From an uncultured delta proteobacterium (GTDB lineage Bacteria > Myxococcota > Kuafuiibacteriia > Kuafuiibacteriales > Kuafuiibacteriaceae): 64,000 bases of DNA. This document shows positions 32,206 to 42,637 of the stretch, one piece after another (positions within the stretch are counted from its first letter, which is position 1; each line of letters begins with the position of its first letter). The stretch spans positions 352,001 to 416,000 of the forward strand of contig CAWDML010000008.1 in assembly GCA_963803435.1 (NCBI GenBank), in the 5' to 3' direction. Made by a program: the position numbers and the translations under genes. The notes below the pieces were generated by a model. That model saw nothing but the letters and a program-made list of their open reading frames with translations. It was not told the DNA's origin and ran no database searches.

Positions 32206-32913
32206 CTCTTCGAACAGCTTGTCGAAGACGTGCTTGTGCTTGGCGAAGCTGTCGATCATCAGACCGACGGTGCCTCCGCCGACGAACCCGACGTGCGCGC
32301 TCACGGCCACCACCTCGGCCATCCCGGGGATCGTCACGCGGATCATCTTCTGTGTTCCGATGGGGAGAGGCGGCGAGCGCGCCATGAGGCCGCCCTTCAA
32401 GATGTCGGTGGTGTACTGCGCCTTGAAGCTGGCCGGGCTGGCGAAGCTGAGCGTGCCGTCGTCCTCGAGCTCCGGGAGCTGAACCTCGATGCCGGTGTCC
32501 TCGTTCGGGTCGACCGCCTGTTGGTTCATCTCGTCGGTCTCGACCTCGAAGACCGTGGCGACCTCGGAGCCCGTCGTGACGAGCAGCTCGGGCGCAGGCT
32601 CGGTGGCGTCCGACCAGAGCTCGTCCGGTGCGACGGCATGGAGCACCTCGCCGCGCTCGATCCAGCGCTCGAGCTTGGCCGAGCCGTGGACGGGCGGGCG
32701 GAAGGTCACGACGGCGCCGCGCGGATCGTCCTGCGCCAGATAGACGACCTCGCCGCGGAGCTCGACGCCGTCGACGGCGAGCGACACGTTCTCGCGGAAC
32801 GCCAGCTTGCGGCCGGTGATGATGAAGACGCTCTGCTCGGTGAAGTTCGCGAGCTCGACGGCGAAGGAGACGCCGTTGTCGAGCTTGGCCTGCGCGACGA
32901 TTCGATCCGCCAT
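32197..32913 (-). CDS. Hypothetical protein with two degenerate PilZ-like segments
   Basis: NFTEQSVFI...LRGEVV and DILKGGLM...AHVGFV. Confidence 0.55.
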   Translation of the reverse strand: MADRIVAQAKLDNGVSFAVELANFTEQSVFIITGRKLAFRENVSLAVDGVELRGEVVYLAQDDPRGAVVTFRPPVHGSAKLERWIERGEVLHAVAPDELWSDATEPAPELLVTTGSEVATVFEVETDEMNQQAVDPNEDTGIEVQLPELEDDGTLSFASPASFKAQYTTDILKGGLMARSPPLPIGTQKMIRVTIPGMAEVVAVSAHVGFVGGGTVGLMIDSFAKHKHVFDKLFEELP

Positions 32914-32926
32914 TGGGGGCTCGAAT

Positions 32927-33907
32927 CTAGCCGTCCTCGGGCGCCGGGATCCAGGGGAGGTTCCCGCTCATCTCGTCGGGATCCGGTAATCCCTCGATGT
33001 CTCGGGTCTCGAGCGCTTCGTCCAGGCCGACGCGCGTCACAGCGCTCTTGAACCAGCCGGCGAACTGGGTGTGCATGTCGTCGACGGACTTGCTCTTGTC
33101 GGCACCCAGTCGGGGCGCCAGAAACGAAGAGGGCGCGCGGCGGAAGCACTCGTCGAAGTCGAGGTCGCACTCCTCGAAGGCGGCCCGATACTCCTCCTGC
33201 TGGGTCAGCAACCACAGGTGGTCGTCGAGGAACCGAGTGTACTCGATCAGCTCTCTCTTCTCCTCCTCTTCGAGCTCGGCGATGCCGTTCTTCAGGTACT
33301 GGACGCCGAACGCCACGTGGTGGGCCTCGTCGCGCTCGATGCGCATCGTGACGTCGCGGAAGACGGGATCCTTCACGAACAGGAGGTGCTGGCGGAAGGA
33401 GAGGAGCGCGCGCGCCTCGAGGAAGAGCTGGAGGCCGAGCACCTGCTTGGGCCAGATCCGACAATCGAGGAGCTCGACCAGGGTCTGCTGGAGGACGTCG
33501 CCGCAGGGATAGATGGGGCCGATCCGCTGGACCAGATCGCGGACCGCGACGACGTGGCGTGCCTCGTCTCTGGCTTGGTTGGCGGCGAAGATCCGGGCGT
33601 CGAGGTCGCTCACGCTCGAGGTCAGCTGTCCGGCCAGCATGAGCGCGGCCTGCTCACCGTGGAGGATCTGCGAGAACTCGACGGCGACGAACTGGCGCGC
33701 CAGCTCCTCGGTCTTTCGCGGCGGCAGCGACATCACGTAGTCGTAGCGGAGGATGCCGTGCCACTCGAGCACCGCCTCGTACTCGCCGCCGCGGAGAGAG
33801 AGAGGACGGCTCCAGTCGATGTCCTCGGCGTTCCACTGCGATCGGTTGGAGAGGGCGATCAGCCGCTTCAGCGTTGGGATCGAGAGGTCGTAGTCGAAGC
33901 AGAGCAC
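32927..33907 (-). CDS. Ferritin-like diiron protein (AurF-like)
   Basis: HGEQAAL, DEARHV, LEARA, DEAHHVAFG; GTG start 7 nt after TACACT. Confidence 0.8.
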   Translation of the reverse strand: MLCFDYDLSIPTLKRLIALSNRSQWNAEDIDWSRPLSLRGGEYEAVLEWHGILRYDYVMSLPPRKTEELARQFVAVEFSQILHGEQAALMLAGQLTSSVSDLDARIFAANQARDEARHVVAVRDLVQRIGPIYPCGDVLQQTLVELLDCRIWPKQVLGLQLFLEARALLSFRQHLLFVKDPVFRDVTMRIERDEAHHVAFGVQYLKNGIAELEEEEKRELIEYTRFLDDHLWLLTQQEEYRAAFEECDLDFDECFRRAPSSFLAPRLGADKSKSVDDMHTQFAGWFKSAVTRVGLDEALETRDIEGLPDPDEMSGNLPWIPAPEDG

Positions 33908-33933
33908 GAGGAGAAGTGTATCCCGGGACGCGC

Positions 33934-34293
33934 TCAGAAGAGCGGGTCGCCGTGGCTCCACTGCTCCACGATGCGATTGTTCGAGATCCGGTAGATCGAG
34001 GTGGAGCCGATGGTTCGGGCGATGCCCCCGGCGGTCCGGATCCGGATCAGCGCTCTCACCGCCACCTTGTCGGCCTCCGCCACCATGTCCTCCACCACCC
34101 ACTCGGCGGCAGGGTAGGCCGCCAGGAAGGACCCCAGGATCGTCTTGAGGCCGTCGAGATCCTCCCAGGCGCCGTGGGCCATGTAGCCGGCTCCAAAGAA
34201 GCGGTCGATCGCGGTCGGTCCGCCGGGAAAGCCGGTGTCGTGGAGTTGCTTGAGGAGCAGCTTGTTGTCGCGGGTCCCCACGCCGAGGGTCAT
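33934..34293 (-). CDS. SnoaL-like/ester cyclase family protein
   Basis: AAYP...VEDMVAEADKVAVR...YRISNNRIVEQW. Confidence 0.8.
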   Translation of the reverse strand: MTLGVGTRDNKLLLKQLHDTGFPGGPTAIDRFFGAGYMAHGAWEDLDGLKTILGSFLAAYPAAEWVVEDMVAEADKVAVRALIRIRTAGGIARTIGSTSIYRISNNRIVEQWSHGDPLF

Positions 34294-34300
34294 AGCACGA

Positions 34301-35794
34301 TCACCCGACACGGAGGGAGCCGTCCGACCCCAACTTTCCGGGGAGCTCGATCCCGTCCGCCAGCGCCATCAGCGCGTCGTACAGATCGGCGCGCTCGACC
34401 AGGAGGCGGCTGACGTGGACCTTGCGGCGGGCCTTGGTGAGACGGACGCGGATCGAGGCGAGCGTCTCCTGCGCCACGTGGAGGTAGCGGAGGGAAATCG
34501 CGCCGCCGATCACCGCCAGCAGCGCCAGCAGGACGCCCGCCAGGATCGGGCGATCGGGGATCGATCGGTAGGCGGCGTGGAGCTGCTCGTGGGCGAGCGC
34601 GCCCAGGATCCCCGCGGCGATCCAGGTGAGGGGGAAGAGCACGCCGCCGGCCAGCATCTTGATGGTGGCGACGTCCTTCTTCTTGTTGGCGCCCAGCTTG
34701 GAGAGCGCGAGCACGATCAACGCTGTGGGGCCGTTGACCACGTAGCCGACCAGGAGCAGCGGAGGGAGGAACAGGAACACCAGGAGGAACTGGAGCACCA
34801 GGATTGCACCCAGCCAGGCGGAGGCGAGCCGGGGATCGCGGTCGAGCTCGTGGTCCTCGATGCCGAGCGCGCGCATCTCGCCGTCGTACTCGCTGACGCG
34901 GGCTCGCAGCGCGGCGACCTCCTCCGGGTGCGTGGTGAGGCGCTGGTAGTAGGCGTGTCGGATGCGCGCGAAGCCGACCGTCTTGTCAGCGACCTTCGGC
35001 TTGATCGACGGCGCGCCGGCGCGCCGGGCGCGCTCCGCGCGGATCAGCTTTCGACCCCGGTGGAGCACCTCGTGGAGCTTCCAATCGTCGGTGGCATGCA
35101 CGACGCCGGTGAGCACGCGCTCGATCTCATCGGTCAGCGCCTTGGCCCGCGCCTTCGCGGGTTCCACGGCTTCATCGGGCGCCGGCGTGACGTCGAGCTC
35201 GGGCGGGAGCTCGAGCGGAGGGTGGAACCAGACCAGCGCCCGGGAGCGGAAGACCTTCTTGGCGTCGTAGTGGAGACCGACCGGGACGATCACCGGCGGC
35301 GGACCGGCGCTCTTCTGGGTCCGCGCCGAGTAGTAGAGGCGTGCGGCGCCAGTCTTCAGCTCGGCGAGGTGCGGCAGATCGTGGCTGATGCCCTCGGGGA
35401 ACAGCGCCGAGAAGGATCCGTGCGCGACTCGGACCGCCAGCGCGTCGAGGCTCTTCGCGTTGTCCTGGGTCCGATCTTTCCCGCGGAGGTCCTGCTTCCG
35501 GTAGATCGGGACGGTTCCGAGCCCGCGCAGGAGCGAGCCGAGCAGCGGCCAGAAGAACAGTCCGTGACGCGCGCCGAAGACGACCATCTGGGGGAAGGTG
35601 GTGAGGATGAGCCCGGGGTCGACCAGCCCGTTCGGATGCCACGACACCAGGACACCGCCCCGGACGAGCGGCACATTCTCGACGCCGGCGACGTGGACCT
35701 CGCGAAAAAAGCAGCGGACGAGGAGGCGCAGGAGCGCCTGCAGGATCGCATACAGGTGCGGCGCACGCGGCGAGGGTGTCGCTGGGAGCCCCAT
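34301..35794 (-). CDS. Lysophospholipid acyltransferase family membrane protein
   Basis: HPNGLVD (HxxxxD), FPEGISH, IVPVGLHY, TM helices. Confidence 0.85.
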   Translation of the reverse strand: MGLPATPSPRAPHLYAILQALLRLLVRCFFREVHVAGVENVPLVRGGVLVSWHPNGLVDPGLILTTFPQMVVFGARHGLFFWPLLGSLLRGLGTVPIYRKQDLRGKDRTQDNAKSLDALAVRVAHGSFSALFPEGISHDLPHLAELKTGAARLYYSARTQKSAGPPPVIVPVGLHYDAKKVFRSRALVWFHPPLELPPELDVTPAPDEAVEPAKARAKALTDEIERVLTGVVHATDDWKLHEVLHRGRKLIRAERARRAGAPSIKPKVADKTVGFARIRHAYYQRLTTHPEEVAALRARVSEYDGEMRALGIEDHELDRDPRLASAWLGAILVLQFLLVFLFLPPLLLVGYVVNGPTALIVLALSKLGANKKKDVATIKMLAGGVLFPLTWIAAGILGALAHEQLHAAYRSIPDRPILAGVLLALLAVIGGAISLRYLHVAQETLASIRVRLTKARRKVHVSRLLVERADLYDALMALADGIELPGKLGSDGSLRVG

Positions 35795-35860
35795 CTCCTG
35801 CCGGCCCGAATCGTATCACCGACCCTTTCGACGGTATGAGGCCCGTACTACGCTCTCCAC

Positions 35861-38227
35861 GTGCGCCGGATCGCTCTGCTGATCGCGGCAGGCGGGGTTG
35901 CCGGTTGCCTCGGCGCCAGCCCGCTGCCGCTTCCGCCGGGGGCCGAGAGCGCCCGGTCGGGCGTGCTCCTCCTGGGGCTCGAAGACGGTCCCGAGGTCCT
36001 CGCGTTCGATCTGGGGGCGCCCGTCACGCCCTTCACGACGCGCGACACGCCGGTCTATCTGTTCCTCTATCCGCTGGAGCTGTCGGCGCTCGGGATCGCG
36101 CCGGGCCGGCTGGAGAAGCTCGGCGACGCGGTCGACGGTCGACCGCTGCCCGACGGCGCGATCTTCGCGGCCCAGCTCCCCGAGGCTCGTTGGTCGCCGA
36201 CCGATCGGGCGGCCCTCCCGGACGCGATCTCGGGCTTTCGCGTGCCCGACCTCGCGATCGGAGACTGTGAGGCAAGCGGAGGATGTTTCCGCATCGCCGC
36301 CGGCGACGAGTACTGCCAGCTCCCTTGCGTCGAGCCCACGGCCGCGAACCCTGCGCCCCCTGCGCCGGTGGCGCCGCCGATGCCGCCCGAGCTCACGCCG
36401 TGCCGAGCCGGGTGGACGGTCCTCGGCCCTGCGCCCGATCGTCCCGAGGCGCTGTGCGCGCCGCCGTCGCAGGTGGCGTGCCGATCGCAGGGCGCGGTCC
36501 GGTATCTGGGCGACGACGGCTGCTCGATCGCAGGCGGTGCCTGTCCCGCCGGCGAGTTTCCCGAGGACCTGCCCGCCGGTCCGATCCTCTACGTGCGCGC
36601 GGGTGCGGCCGGAGGAGACGGAAGCCCGGCGCTGCCGTTCGGATCGATCCAGCAGGCGATCGGGGCGGGCGGCGACGGCGCGGTCATCGCGATCGGCAAG
36701 GGCCGCTTCGCCGAGTCGCTGTCGATCGATCGGGACGTCTCTCTGATCGGGGCCTGCGCGGAGACCATCGTGGCGTCGACGATCGAGGTGAGCGCGCGCG
36801 TGAGCCTCGGCTCGCTGTCGGTGACGCCCGGACCGACCCGCGCCGCCGTCCGGATCGACGAGGGCGGCGTGGTCGCGGTCGCCGACGTGGTGGTCTCGAC
36901 CGCGGCGGTCGGCTTCGACGTGCGCGGGCGGCTCGAGGGCGGCCCGCTGGTGGTGAGCGCGGCGCGCGGGATCGAGGTCACCGGCGAGTCCGTGCTGGAT
37001 CGGGCCCTGGTGAGCGGCGGTTCCGTTTCGGGCGTCGCGGTCCGCGCCGCGGGCATGGGGACGTTCTCCAACCTCCTGGTCTCGAGCTCGAGCGCGGCGG
37101 TGATCGGCGACGGCGACTCGATGGTGACCCTCGAAGGCGCCGACCTGGCCTCCAACCGGATCGGCCTGCTCGCCGAGGGGCGCGCGACCATCGAGGCGAA
37201 CGACTCCGCGGTCGTGGCTTCGAGCAACAACGGGATCATGGTCAGGGGCCAGGCGCAGCTGAACGGACATCGGCTCTACGCCCGCGACAACTGGCAGAGC
37301 TTCTACGCCGAGGGCGGCACGACGGTGATCGAGCACGCGTACCTGGAACGGCCCACCGTCGGCAGCAACGTCCTCTCGGACGGATCGGCCGTGGTGACGC
37401 TCCGCCGGGCGGTGCTGGCCGGCTCGAGGAAGTTCGGCCTCCACGCCTTCGCCGGCAAGGTGACGCTCGAGCAGGTGCAGATCCGCGACAACGAGACGAA
37501 CGCGGCCAACAGCTACGGCGAGGGGATCGTGGTCGACGGCCCGGTGGTGCTGGAGGCGAGGAAGCTTTCGATCGAGCGGGTGGTCAGCTTCGGGATCAGG
37601 GTGCTCTCGACGGACGAGAAGGCGGAGCTCCGCCTCGACGATCTCACGATCCGGGACGTCCGCGGTGGCTACGGGATCGAAGTGGGCCGATCGTACGCGC
37701 CCGCCGTGCACTCCACGCTGACGATCCATGGCCTCTTGGCCGAGCGGACCGACAACTTCGCGGTCCGCATCGTGAGCGGGGAGGCCAACGAGATCACCGA
37801 CGCGACCCTGCGCGGTCTCCCCGCCGGCGGGATGTCGACGATCGGCGGGGTCCTCAATCTGACGCGGGCCGAGCTGACCGGGATCGCGGGCCCCAGCCTG
37901 AGCGTGACCTCGGGAGAGATGGTGCTGGCGGATCTCACCGTCACGGATCCGGAGAATGGTCTGGTCACGGAGGGCTACCTGGCGACGGACGTCTCCGCGA
38001 TCGACTCGGCGATGAACGTGAACCGCTTCGTCATCACCGGCGCCTCCGGGGCCGGGATCCTGATCCGCCAGTTCTCACGCATGAAGCTGGGCGCCGGGCG
38101 GATCGTCGACAACCAGGTGGGCGTGGAGGTACGGGCCGACGGTTTCCTCTATTCGAACCTGGAGGGCGACGTGATCTACCGCGGCAACGTCGAGCACAAC
38201 CTGGTCACGCTCGGGCTGGGCAATTGA
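35861..38227 (+). CDS. Right-handed beta-helix repeat lipoprotein
   Basis: Lipobox VAGC; YVRAGA.GGDGS...PFGSIQQAI motif followed by beta-helix-like repeats. Confidence 0.7.
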   Translation: MRRIALLIAAGGVAGCLGASPLPLPPGAESARSGVLLLGLEDGPEVLAFDLGAPVTPFTTRDTPVYLFLYPLELSALGIAPGRLEKLGDAVDGRPLPDGAIFAAQLPEARWSPTDRAALPDAISGFRVPDLAIGDCEASGGCFRIAAGDEYCQLPCVEPTAANPAPPAPVAPPMPPELTPCRAGWTVLGPAPDRPEALCAPPSQVACRSQGAVRYLGDDGCSIAGGACPAGEFPEDLPAGPILYVRAGAAGGDGSPALPFGSIQQAIGAGGDGAVIAIGKGRFAESLSIDRDVSLIGACAETIVASTIEVSARVSLGSLSVTPGPTRAAVRIDEGGVVAVADVVVSTAAVGFDVRGRLEGGPLVVSAARGIEVTGESVLDRALVSGGSVSGVAVRAAGMGTFSNLLVSSSSAAVIGDGDSMVTLEGADLASNRIGLLAEGRATIEANDSAVVASSNNGIMVRGQAQLNGHRLYARDNWQSFYAEGGTTVIEHAYLERPTVGSNVLSDGSAVVTLRRAVLAGSRKFGLHAFAGKVTLEQVQIRDNETNAANSYGEGIVVDGPVVLEARKLSIERVVSFGIRVLSTDEKAELRLDDLTIRDVRGGYGIEVGRSYAPAVHSTLTIHGLLAERTDNFAVRIVSGEANEITDATLRGLPAGGMSTIGGVLNLTRAELTGIAGPSLSVTSGEMVLADLTVTDPENGLVTEGYLATDVSAIDSAMNVNRFVITGASGAGILIRQFSRMKLGAGRIVDNQVGVEVRADGFLYSNLEGDVIYRGNVEHNLVTLGLGN

Positions 38228-38228
38228 G

Positions 38229-39543
38229 TCATGCCGAGCGGACGTTCGGGTTGGGGAAGCGCCACAGCTCGTCACCATGGCGGTAGGCGACCCGGAACGC
38301 GTCGAGGATCGCCGGCCATCGATCGGGGAACCTGGACCAGTCGTACCCGCCCGCGCGCGCCGTGAGCGGGTTGAGGTCGCGGAACGGCTGGCGCTTGGCG
38401 AAGGAAGAGAACTTCCAGGTGAAGTCGTTGAACGGTACCTGGACCAGGGGCGTCAGCGCCGCGAGCACCCGGCCGCGATCGAGCTCGCCGATCCGACTCT
38501 CCGTGAACGCGGGTTGGACGGTCTCGAACTGCTCGCGCCACGCGACCAGGTTGTTGGCGAACGATACGATCGCGTTCTTGCGATCGAGATCGCGCGTCTG
38601 TCCGGCCAGCGTGTAGAGCGCGAAGGCGGCCCGCACCAGGTCGTTGCCGGCACCCGGCGCGGCCATCCCCGAGAAGTCGGTGGGAGGAGCGCGATCGAAC
38701 GCGTGCTCGAGCGCGCGCTCGTAGATGCGGCGGCTGCCCGCAGCGGAAGACTCGGGGAGGCGCAGGCTGGTGAGGACGGTCTCGGGCTCGAGCGGACCGC
38801 GCCGCTCGTTCAGCCGCAGGAACGCGGTGGCCGAGCCGCCGATGTCGGCGAAGATCGCGCGGTTGCCCTCCGCCAGCAGCGACTCGTAGGTTCGGCAGAG
38901 GCGCTCCAGGTTGTCGAGGATCTGCTCGCGCTCGCGCCCGTCGAAGACGGCCCGCAGCACGTCGAAGGCCTGCGAGATGAGGCCGCCGCCCGGCTGGAGC
39001 AGCGCGTGGAGGCGGTACGCGACCGCGATGGCGAGACGCGGGTCGGCGAGGCCGCGCGTCGAGGTCGCGCGATCGGTCGCCAGCAGAATGGAGATGAAGG
39101 AGGCGATCGCGGTGGCGGCCGCCGCCCCTGCCGGGAGCTCGAGCGACCCCGCGATCGCGACGGCCAGCTGGCGGCTGTGTCCGCGCAGGCCCAGCTCGTC
39201 GAAGACCTGGTCGCGCGAGGTCGGATGGGGTCGCGATCGGAGCAGCTCGAGCGCATGAAGTGTCTGGTGTGCCGCCATCATGGAGCGGCCCACCTGCGGA
39301 GACGCATATGCACCCACGGCGAACCAGTTGGGCACGACGCCCATCCCCGGCCCGATCACCGCCTGGATTCCGCGTGCGATCCGCTGGTAGGCGGCGTTGA
39401 ACGCCTCGTTGCGCTCGATGGGGTCGCGGTGGGCGGCGATGATCGCGCGGACGTTCGGGATCGGGTCGTGGCGCGCGAGCGTAGGCGGAGAAGGCGGCAG
39501 GTCTGCCACGAGGGGCAGATCGCGACGACGGACGCTCACCATC
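38229..39543 (-). CDS. Hypothetical protein (possibly DUF2515-like)
   Basis: PNWFAVGAYAS..VG, GNRAIFADIG, ANNL...EQ, DW..FPDRW motifs; start uncertain. Confidence 0.55.
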
Positions 39544-39682
39544 GTCTTCCCGTTATCGTCCCGGGCGCCCCTACGTTCCGTGCTCCTGGCAGGACCATCG
39601 ACCGATGTGCCTGGGAGGTCGCAGTCGATGGACTCGGCTCTCACATTGCGAGGGAGAGGACGGATCGCTAGCGTGATCTTCG

Positions 39683-40612
39683 GTGAGAGCGGCCGCCCCG
39701 TCCCTGCTGATCTCGGTCGTATCCCTGGCCGGGTGCGGTCTGATCAAGGATCCCGTCGACCAGGTCACCAACGCTGCGTTCACGGCGCCCTCCTCCGTCA
39801 AGAGGAACCAGATGGTCGAGCTGGTCGCGATGTACCGGCGCGGATCGAACGGGCAGCTCCTCGGCTATCGCTGGACGATGGACGAGCAGCCGAGCGGGAG
39901 CCACGCCGCCCTCGAGGACGTCGACGCCCAGTCGGCGCGGTTCCTGCCGGATCGGCTCGGCCCGTACCTGATCACGCTGGTCGTGGACGACGGGAACAAC
40001 CGGAGCGCTCCCGTGACCCAGATGGTCGAGGCCAAGAATGCTCCCCCGGTGGCGCTGGTGGCGGACGTTCCGCACGCGGTCGAGCTGGGGAGCGTCATCA
40101 CGCTGGACGGCTCCGGAAGCACCGACTGCGACGGCGATGCGCTCGCGTATCGCTGGTACTTCGACCACGTCCCCGAGGGCAGCAACGCCGAGCTCTCCGA
40201 TCCGACCGTCGTCAACCCGACGTTCGTCCCCGACGTCGCCGGCCTGTACGCGCCGCGCCTGGTGGCGTTCGACGGTCTCGACGAGAGCGAGCCCCACGGC
40301 GTGTTCATCTGGGCCGGAACCGATCAACCTCCGGTGGCCATCGCGCCGCTCGACTTCACCATGGACGTGGGAGAGACCGCGACGCTCGACGGGACCGACA
40401 GCTACGACCCTGATCCGAACGACGCCCTCGCCACTTACGCGTGGCGTCTGATCGAGCAGCCGTCGACGAGCGGGGCGACGCTGGGCGCGGCCGATCAGAG
40501 GAGCGCGGAGCTCACGCCCGACGTGGCGGGCGCGTACGTGATCGAGCTGGTGGTGAAGGACGAGCTCGGCGTGGAGAGCGCGCCGGACCAAGTCGTGATC
40601 ACGGCGCGCTGA
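39683..40612 (+). CDS. PKD/Ig-like repeat lipoprotein
   Basis: Lipobox LAGC; three repeats of LDGS.S.D.DGD.L.Y.W...P.GS...PDVAG.Y. Confidence 0.8.
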   Translation: MRAAAPSLLISVVSLAGCGLIKDPVDQVTNAAFTAPSSVKRNQMVELVAMYRRGSNGQLLGYRWTMDEQPSGSHAALEDVDAQSARFLPDRLGPYLITLVVDDGNNRSAPVTQMVEAKNAPPVALVADVPHAVELGSVITLDGSGSTDCDGDALAYRWYFDHVPEGSNAELSDPTVVNPTFVPDVAGLYAPRLVAFDGLDESEPHGVFIWAGTDQPPVAIAPLDFTMDVGETATLDGTDSYDPDPNDALATYAWRLIEQPSTSGATLGAADQRSAELTPDVAGAYVIELVVKDELGVESAPDQVVITAR

Positions 40613-40625
40613 TCCGAGCGAGACG

Positions 40626-42573
40626 TTACCGGCAGGATCCCGAGCCGCGGTGGAAGCGGCAACGGTTGGAGCAGCAGTCCGCGTTGGAGCTGCAGGTGCC
40701 GCCGCGCGGCGCGCAGGTGCCTCCGCTGCAGGTGCCGTTGGCCGGGTTGCACGTCTGGCCGGGCGCACAGCTCACGGGCGTCCCCGGCTGGCACGCGCCG
40801 CCGGCGCAGGTCTCGCTCCCGTTGCAGAGGTCACCGTCGGCGCAGTCGGCGTTCGATGAGCAGCCGCCGCCTCCGACGATTCCGATCGCGGCGGCGGCCT
40901 GGACCAGGCCGAAGCCGTAGTAGCTGTCCCGCCCGTTGCTCCCCAGGTCGTGCGCGGAGCTGTCGAGGGCGCTGCGGATGTCCGCGTTGCTCAGCCCCGG
41001 GGCCGCGCTCCAGACCAGGGCGGCCACGGCCGACACGTGCGGGGTGGCCATCGAGGTGCCGTCCCAGGCCTCGTAGCCACTGGCCGGCACGGTGAACGTG
41101 CTGCTCACGTTGCCGGTCTGACCGATGCGGTTGGCCACCAGGAACTGTCCGTCCGCCTGGCTGAGGCTGAGGCCGATGATCGTGGAGGAGAAGCCGTCAC
41201 CGAGGGTGCCGATGAAGTTGCCGGCCGCGTTGTTGTAGATGACCGCCGCCGAGCCGCCGCCCAGCTGGACGTTGTGCACCTTGTCGTAGAACGAGATCGC
41301 GCCGCGTTCGCAGAGGACCACGCGACCGTTCCAGCTCCCGACGCTGTCGCAGAGCCCGCCGTTGGCAAGCGTGCCGCTGGCCGAGCCGCGCGCCGCGTTC
41401 TCGATGTGGTTGGCCTGATACGCGGTCCCGCTCACGCTGAGCGAAGATTGATCGAGGTACGGGACGGTGCTCAGCACGCCGACGCCGGGCGCCGCCAGCT
41501 CCACCTGGCTGTTGTGCTGCGAGAAGCTGGCGACCACGTTGTTCGAGTCGACCGCGGCCACCGAGATCACCGAGCTATACGACGCAGGATAGCTCTGCGC
41601 GGTGGTGCCGTCGTTGCCGGCGGCCGCGACGCTGAGGATCCCGGCCGCGTAGAGGTTGTCGAACGCGCGCTGCTCGGTGTTGCTGCGTCCCCCACCCAGG
41701 CTCATGCTGATGATGCGGACGCCGGGCTGGGCCGCGCAACGGTTGGCCGCGAATGCCAGGTCAGAGCTGTACACCCAGGTGCAATCGTCGCCGAAGACCT
41801 TGACCATGTAGAGGTTGATCGCGCCGGGCGTCACGCCGACCACGCCGACGTTGTTGTTGGCCGCCGCGAGCGTGCCGCTGACGTGCGTGCCGTGGCCGCA
41901 GCGATCGGTGTCCCAACCGCTCGGCTCACCGCCGATGATGTGCAGCCCCTGGAAGTCCTGGTGCGCGGTATAGATGCCCGAGTCGATGACGCAGACGCCG
42001 ATCCCTGCGCCCGTGGGGGCACCCGTGTCGACGGTCCCGTCGCGGTTTCGGTCCCAGACGTCGCGCGCCTGGACCGCGTCCACGCCGTAGGGGACGGTCT
42101 GGGCCAGCGGGAAGCGGAGCTGGTCGAGCTCGACGAGCTTCACGCCCGGGTGCTCCTCGAGCGCGTCGATCGCCACGGAGGGGAGCGTCACGGCGACCGC
42201 ATCGAGCTCGGGGAAGCTGTGGTGTAGCACGGCGTGGTCGGCGTTGAGCGCCTCCATGACGTCGGCGCGCTGCGCCGGATCGTAGACGATCCAGACGCGG
42301 ACCGGCTCGCTGCTCGGGGCGTCGGGATCGAAGACCACGAGGCGATGATCGTCGTTCGAATCTCCGGACCTGGATCTAATCCGCGATCCCTGGATGGTTC
42401 TCCTCGGCGACCTGGACGACCCGATGGTCCGCGGTCCCATAGGAGTGGGCCGAGATGAATCCTTCGTCCTGCACCTCGGCGTCCGGAGACGTCGTACAGG
42501 CCGCGGTCGCCAGGGCGAGCGAGGCGAGCAAGAGGGGTTGACACTTCCTGTTGAAAGACTGGGCCATGGGCAT
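40626..42573 (-). CDS. S8 subtilisin-like serine protease with PA domain and Cys-rich tail (disrupted at ~42358-42378)
   Basis: Catalytic motifs VCVIDSG, HGTHVSG, GTSMATPHV; the signal/lipoprotein N-terminus lies in another frame (ORF 42376..42573). Confidence 0.9.
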
Positions 42574-42637
42574 GTTCCATCGCAGAATTTTTGCGCGAGG
42601 AGGAGCGACACCTGTCGGATCGGATACTTCGCCGTAT